A stretch of DNA of 64,000 bases from Pocillopora damicornis (lineage: Eukaryota): assembly GCF_003704095.1 (NCBI RefSeq), contig NW_020846334.1, forward strand, positions 1 through 64,000, in the 5' to 3' direction. The position numbers and the translations under genes are program-made. Position 1 is the first letter of the stretch. The number at the start of each line of letters is the position of its first letter. This document shows, piece after piece, positions 49,523 to 64,000 of the stretch. Below the pieces are notes generated by a model. The model was not told where the DNA came from, ran no database searches, and was given only the letters and a program-made list of their open reading frames with translations.

Positions 49523-50120
49523 CTACAAACGCACGCGCGAAATAATTGCAGTAAAATTGTCAAAACCGTGACCCTAAACCAGAAGGTTACAAGAGGAGCG
49601 TGGATAGGCAACTTCCCATGCCTTCTCCAGTTATGACAAGGTTTGTCGATTCGCAGCTAATAAAGTGTACAGAAGACCATAACATTCCTAGAACTTAGGA
49701 TTTGCGATAACACAAACTTCAAAACATAACACAATTTTCGTCACAGTCTCTAAAAATATCTAGTCAAAAATTAGATGGATTTGGTGATGGTACATTTGTG
49801 TTTGATGGACTGTTCAGCTCTTAACAGTGGCTGTGATAAACAATTTATTTCTCTTAGCAATACCACTACATAGTCAAAGTTCAAGTCATGAGATTAATTA
49901 CATCGATCCATCTGTAGGAGCATTAAAATGCAGTTCCGTTAGTAAAGACAAGCTCTTCTTCGCTAGGAATATTCAGATGCAGTCCAGTAGAGAGAGTGCT
50001 GTTGATGATCTTAAAAAACACATCTGCACCATTTCAGGTTTGCTTTCTCTGTTACATCAATGGTTATTTGAACTTTTTTATGTATGTATTTACTTGCCGA
50101 AGTCACATCAGCAGGTTGCT

Positions 50121-60316
<10,196 letters not shown>

Positions 60317-60607
60317 AAGTAATAATTTACTGTGGAGCCAAAAATCCCGAACTTCTTAATTTTTTCGCCGAAAAATTGAATTACAGCCACCACGTGAGGG
60401 TTGAAATGCGCGCGCACGATTTCTTCACTTCCGGTAAAATCTTGAAAATCATTTTACAGCGAAAATCTACCCATTGAACACCTACTTTTTTAAGAATTTG
60501 AAAATTTATTTGCTATGTATCGAAATTATTTATTTATTTCGGTAGAGATTGTTTAAACTGAACAAAATCAGCAAAATGTTTCTTTAGCCGGCTCCGCCAT
60601 ATTGAAA
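60317..60607. promoter_or_regulatory. Putative bidirectional promoter ABCE1 / mTERF
   Basis: Divergent genes. CACGTG at ~60391, GCGCGCGC at ~60408, ACTTCCGG (ETS) at ~60427, CCGCCAT (YY1-like) at ~60594. Confidence 0.6.
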
Positions 60608-62327
60608 ATGGTGCAATACTCTTCTATTTGGTTATGTAGGACAACACCAAAATTCCTATCATGAACACAAGAATTCCTATCATGTCCAGTCCCTCTTTCC
60701 CCCACGTGTGCCATCTGAACTCAATATGGCGATCGCGTGGTTTTCATGTAGAGAATGTTTTTCTTACACTTTATTTAGGCTAAAAGGAATCTATCGCCTT
60801 GCTTTCCGTACTAATCGCTACTTCACAACTCCAGATCTTGGATCTGCTGTCAGCTGGAAAGAGGAGAAAGGTTTGATCGTCGATGATCGTAGCCAAAAGT
60901 CTTCCAAGAAAGATGATCTAAAGTTTCCTCGTCACTGGAAGGCAAAAACTCAACAAAAGACGCCAAAGGGTCAACAAGAAATACCACCTCATGAAGCCTT
61001 GAACTTATACCGATACGTGAAGAAACTGGAAACAACTTTAGGGCGCGGTAAAGGTTCCATTTCGAAAAGATGGTCGTATCTTCTAACAAAATACCTCAAA
61101 GCATACAATAAGCTAAATTGTTCTTCTGCTTTGTTATCCGAATCACCTCGGATTCTTGGCCTGACACCAAAGCTTCTTGAAGAGAGATTGAATTTCCTCT
61201 CCCAGATAGGGATCACTGGAAGGGATGCCTTGATAATTGCTCTGGAGTTTCCTGCCATCCTTTCGTGGGATTCACCCAACTTTATTGAGATGCTGAAAGT
61301 GCTCAAAGATTTGAACTGTGATATCGTCACCTTAATGTTTAAAACACCATATGTCTTCAGCCTTGATCAGAGCAGAGTTCAAGAAAATATCCGCAAACTT
61401 ACATCAGCTGGGATCGCAAAAAATATCATTGGGAAAATCATTTCAAATAATCCTCTGCTTCTCAGCTTCCCGCTTAGAGAGGAGTCTTTAGAGATTGTTT
61501 CTCTTTTGCTTAATTCGCATAAGAAGTTACAATCAGAATTGACAGGCAAAAGCCTTAAGGAAGAGGAGGCAGTCCTAAACTTAATCCTTCACTCTGCTGA
61601 GAAATTTAAAGAGCAGGTCGATTTGCAGGAAAATTTCAAGGAAGTCATAAGTTTTCTTGAAGAAATGGAGGTATCCCCACTTATCATTGCAGTCACAAAC
61701 CCAGTAATCTTTTCTACTGATGTTGATACTTTGAGTACTTCAGTGGCATTTTTGAGGAGCAAGCCCCTTTTGCTAGATATGGAGGCAGTGCAGCACCTTC
61801 TGATTACAAAGCCAGAAATATTTGTAAATTTGGACTCTGTGAAAAATAGGATTCAGCTGCTTTGTGATATTGTCCAAAACCCAACAGTACTTTACAGTCT
61901 TGTCAAAACAAGACAGTTTTTGTTTGACAGCAAAAATTCTACTGTGGAGGCTGTTATCAAATGGTTTCAGGATAGAGGTATCAAGAACAAAGAGATTGCT
62001 CATGTCATGACAGCAAAAAACTTCTTTTTCCTCGAGAAAGAGGAATTGGATGAGAAACTGGAATATCTATTGTCAGTTGGAGTGAAAGTTGAAGATGTCA
62101 TTAAACATCCATCATGTCTTTTGAAACCCATCGCTCATCTTAAAGAGAGAGTTGAGTTTGTAAAAGCAGAAAAACCAGAAGTTTTAAGCAACAGAAGCCT
62201 TGATGATGTTATGTTATCAAAGAATGAGCTCTTTGCTAATGAGGTGTGTGGATCAACACTGGAAAACTACACAGAATTTGTTCAATCACTGAACAAGGAG
62301 TTTGTTAAGGCTGGCAAAAAGAAGTGA
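60608..62327 (+). CDS. mTERF-family mitochondrial protein
   Basis: mTERF repeats (PRILGLTPKLLEERLNFLSQIG; LEYLLSVGV...IKHPSCLL...LKERVEFV). Preferred model: exon 60608-60630 (TG|gttatg) plus 60779-62327, giving a presequence-like N-terminus MVQYSSIWLKGIYRLAFRTNRYF. Alternative unspliced start at 60726. Confidence 0.8.
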
Positions 62328-63708
62328 TTAGTTGAATGATTGCACCCAATACTTCCTGTCTCTAAATAATTTGCACTTCTTGTTCTTGTAAATGACTTCT
62401 TAAAATTGAGAGATAAAACATTTGATAGAATGTTGCCCTTCTAATTCAACAGTTTCTAACCTGAGAGGAAACTAAGAACATTGAGATATGAAGTTTGAAT
62501 AAGGCAAACTGTGGCATTGAAATGAAGAAATTGTCCAAGGTTGTATGAAGTGAGATCCATACACAATTTTTTTGGTAATTTTACTAGAATCCTGGAATTA
62601 AAATGTCAAGTTTGATGATAACTGTATCCAATGACCGCTGACATGTCATACATTGTGAACCTTAAAAAGGCAATAAAATGTTAAATTGAATCTTCAACTT
62701 ACCAAATGGTCACCTCAATGATATTCAACTTTTTGTCCTTAAGAGTAACTAGTGTCTAATTTCTCCTTACATAATCAACCCTGAATCAAAGATTAAGGAA
62801 ATGATCAATCTAATGCAGCTCGATTGTTAAACAAATTCTCGCCATTTATTGAGATGTATAGATAACACTTTTTCTATAAGTTTTTGCCATTTCTTATATG
62901 TCAGACCCCTGATGCAGCTCAATCAGCCTTTTTAAGGGAACTTCCATCAGTGACCAAGAAAGAACTTCTCCTTACAATATCAAGCAGACAAGTGATGAGA
63001 ATAAAGAAAAATTTCAGTTAGGGGATTACAAGTTGATCCATCACCAAATTCTCCAAATTAACATCACAAGAATTGTATAGTAGACAGTAAGGAGAATTGC
63101 TGATGAGATCTGGGCATTAAAGGGTAAAGATTGAGACAGAGGAAAAAATCTCTCGCAGAGGGACAAAATTAGATTGTTGTTTTACCTTACTACTTTGCTT
63201 GCATCATTACCCTCCCTCTCTCCATGCCAAATTTTGGGTATGTATTTATTCTTTGCACCAGTTTGTTGTTAAAGTGTTGACAATAATCAGAGGTGGGCTG
63301 TAACAGAGTTATGCTGGTGACCTCCATTGCTGCCATCCCAAGCCTCTTTGCTTTGAACACAACTGATGAAGTTTTTTTTATACTTTCGATTGAAAACCAC
63401 TATCACAGATAAATTGGGGTTAAATCAACTCACAAATGGTACTCAAAGAGAAAGCAACAGCACTTGAATGTGGATTTAAAAGTTTATTTCAGATTTTTTC
63501 ATACAACAAACTCGTATGGGATTGGCTCCAAGGTTTCTGGTGTGTTTCTCTTGGTTCGCACAAAGTGTGCAGTTCGGGGTACAGCTGGCTGTAACAGATA
63601 GAAAACAAAATATTATGATCATTGTTGATAAAGAGGAAAAATTCCTTCCATACCTGTTAGAGTTCAGAGTCACATCGCATCTAAATTCCATGCTCTCTTG
63701 AGAAATGA

Positions 63709-64000
63709 TGGGAGATGCTGTGGCCTAATGGTTGTGCTGGGTTTTGGGTGCAAGGGAAGGGGTTCAAGATCTGGCTGACTCAGTGTGTTGTGTTCTTGGA
63801 CAAAACTCTACACTTTCACAGTTCCATTCTCCATTCAGGAGCGTAAATGGGTACCAACAAATTGCCAGGGAAGCCTGATGAAATACTGGGGGATAACCTT
63901 GCCATCAACTGGCCTCCCATCCATGGGGGAATGGTAATATTTCCATTCACTTCATAATAAAATCCAGGATGAGCTTCAGCTGGATGGGCCTCTTGATTCA
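63709..64000 (+). mobile_element. tRNA-derived SINE; related fragments at ~55018-55185, 57700-58090 (+) and 8660-8740, 9640-9740, 11000-11180 (-)
   Basis: A-box TGGCCTAATGG, B-box-like GGTTCAAGATC, body TGTGTTGTGTTCTTGG...AAATGGGTACC...GGGAAGCCTGATGAAAT. The body is repeated elsewhere in the window. Confidence 0.75.

Overview
Eukaryotic (metazoan) genomic DNA with spliceosomal introns and many N gaps. The repeat landscape (TTAA-bounded ~200-bp MITEs, tRNA-derived SINEs) and the gene families suggest a scleractinian coral, probably Pocillopora-like; this is inference. Conserved genes flank the window. On the left are SPCS3 (with a U12-type AT-AC donor), USP12/46 (11 exons), a small MYND-Ubl-UBA gene head-to-head with it, and a two-exon CNG channel with an atypical pore. 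On the right are ABCE1 (21 exons) and an mTERF gene. Between them (~22.9-49.5 kb) lies a fast-evolving island in which two HEPN-effector TPR proteins are interleaved with five intronless orphan class-A GPCR copies (2 intact, 3 disrupted). One TPR protein is HEPN-NB-ARC-15xTPR ending in a CaaX box; the other is HEPN-coiled coil-TRADD-N-like-TPR with no NTPase seen. The best candidate for an undescribed system is this possibly membrane-anchored, repeat-variable HEPN/TPR receptor pair in a GPCR birth-and-death cluster. All exon models and domain calls were made by eye, with no database searches.
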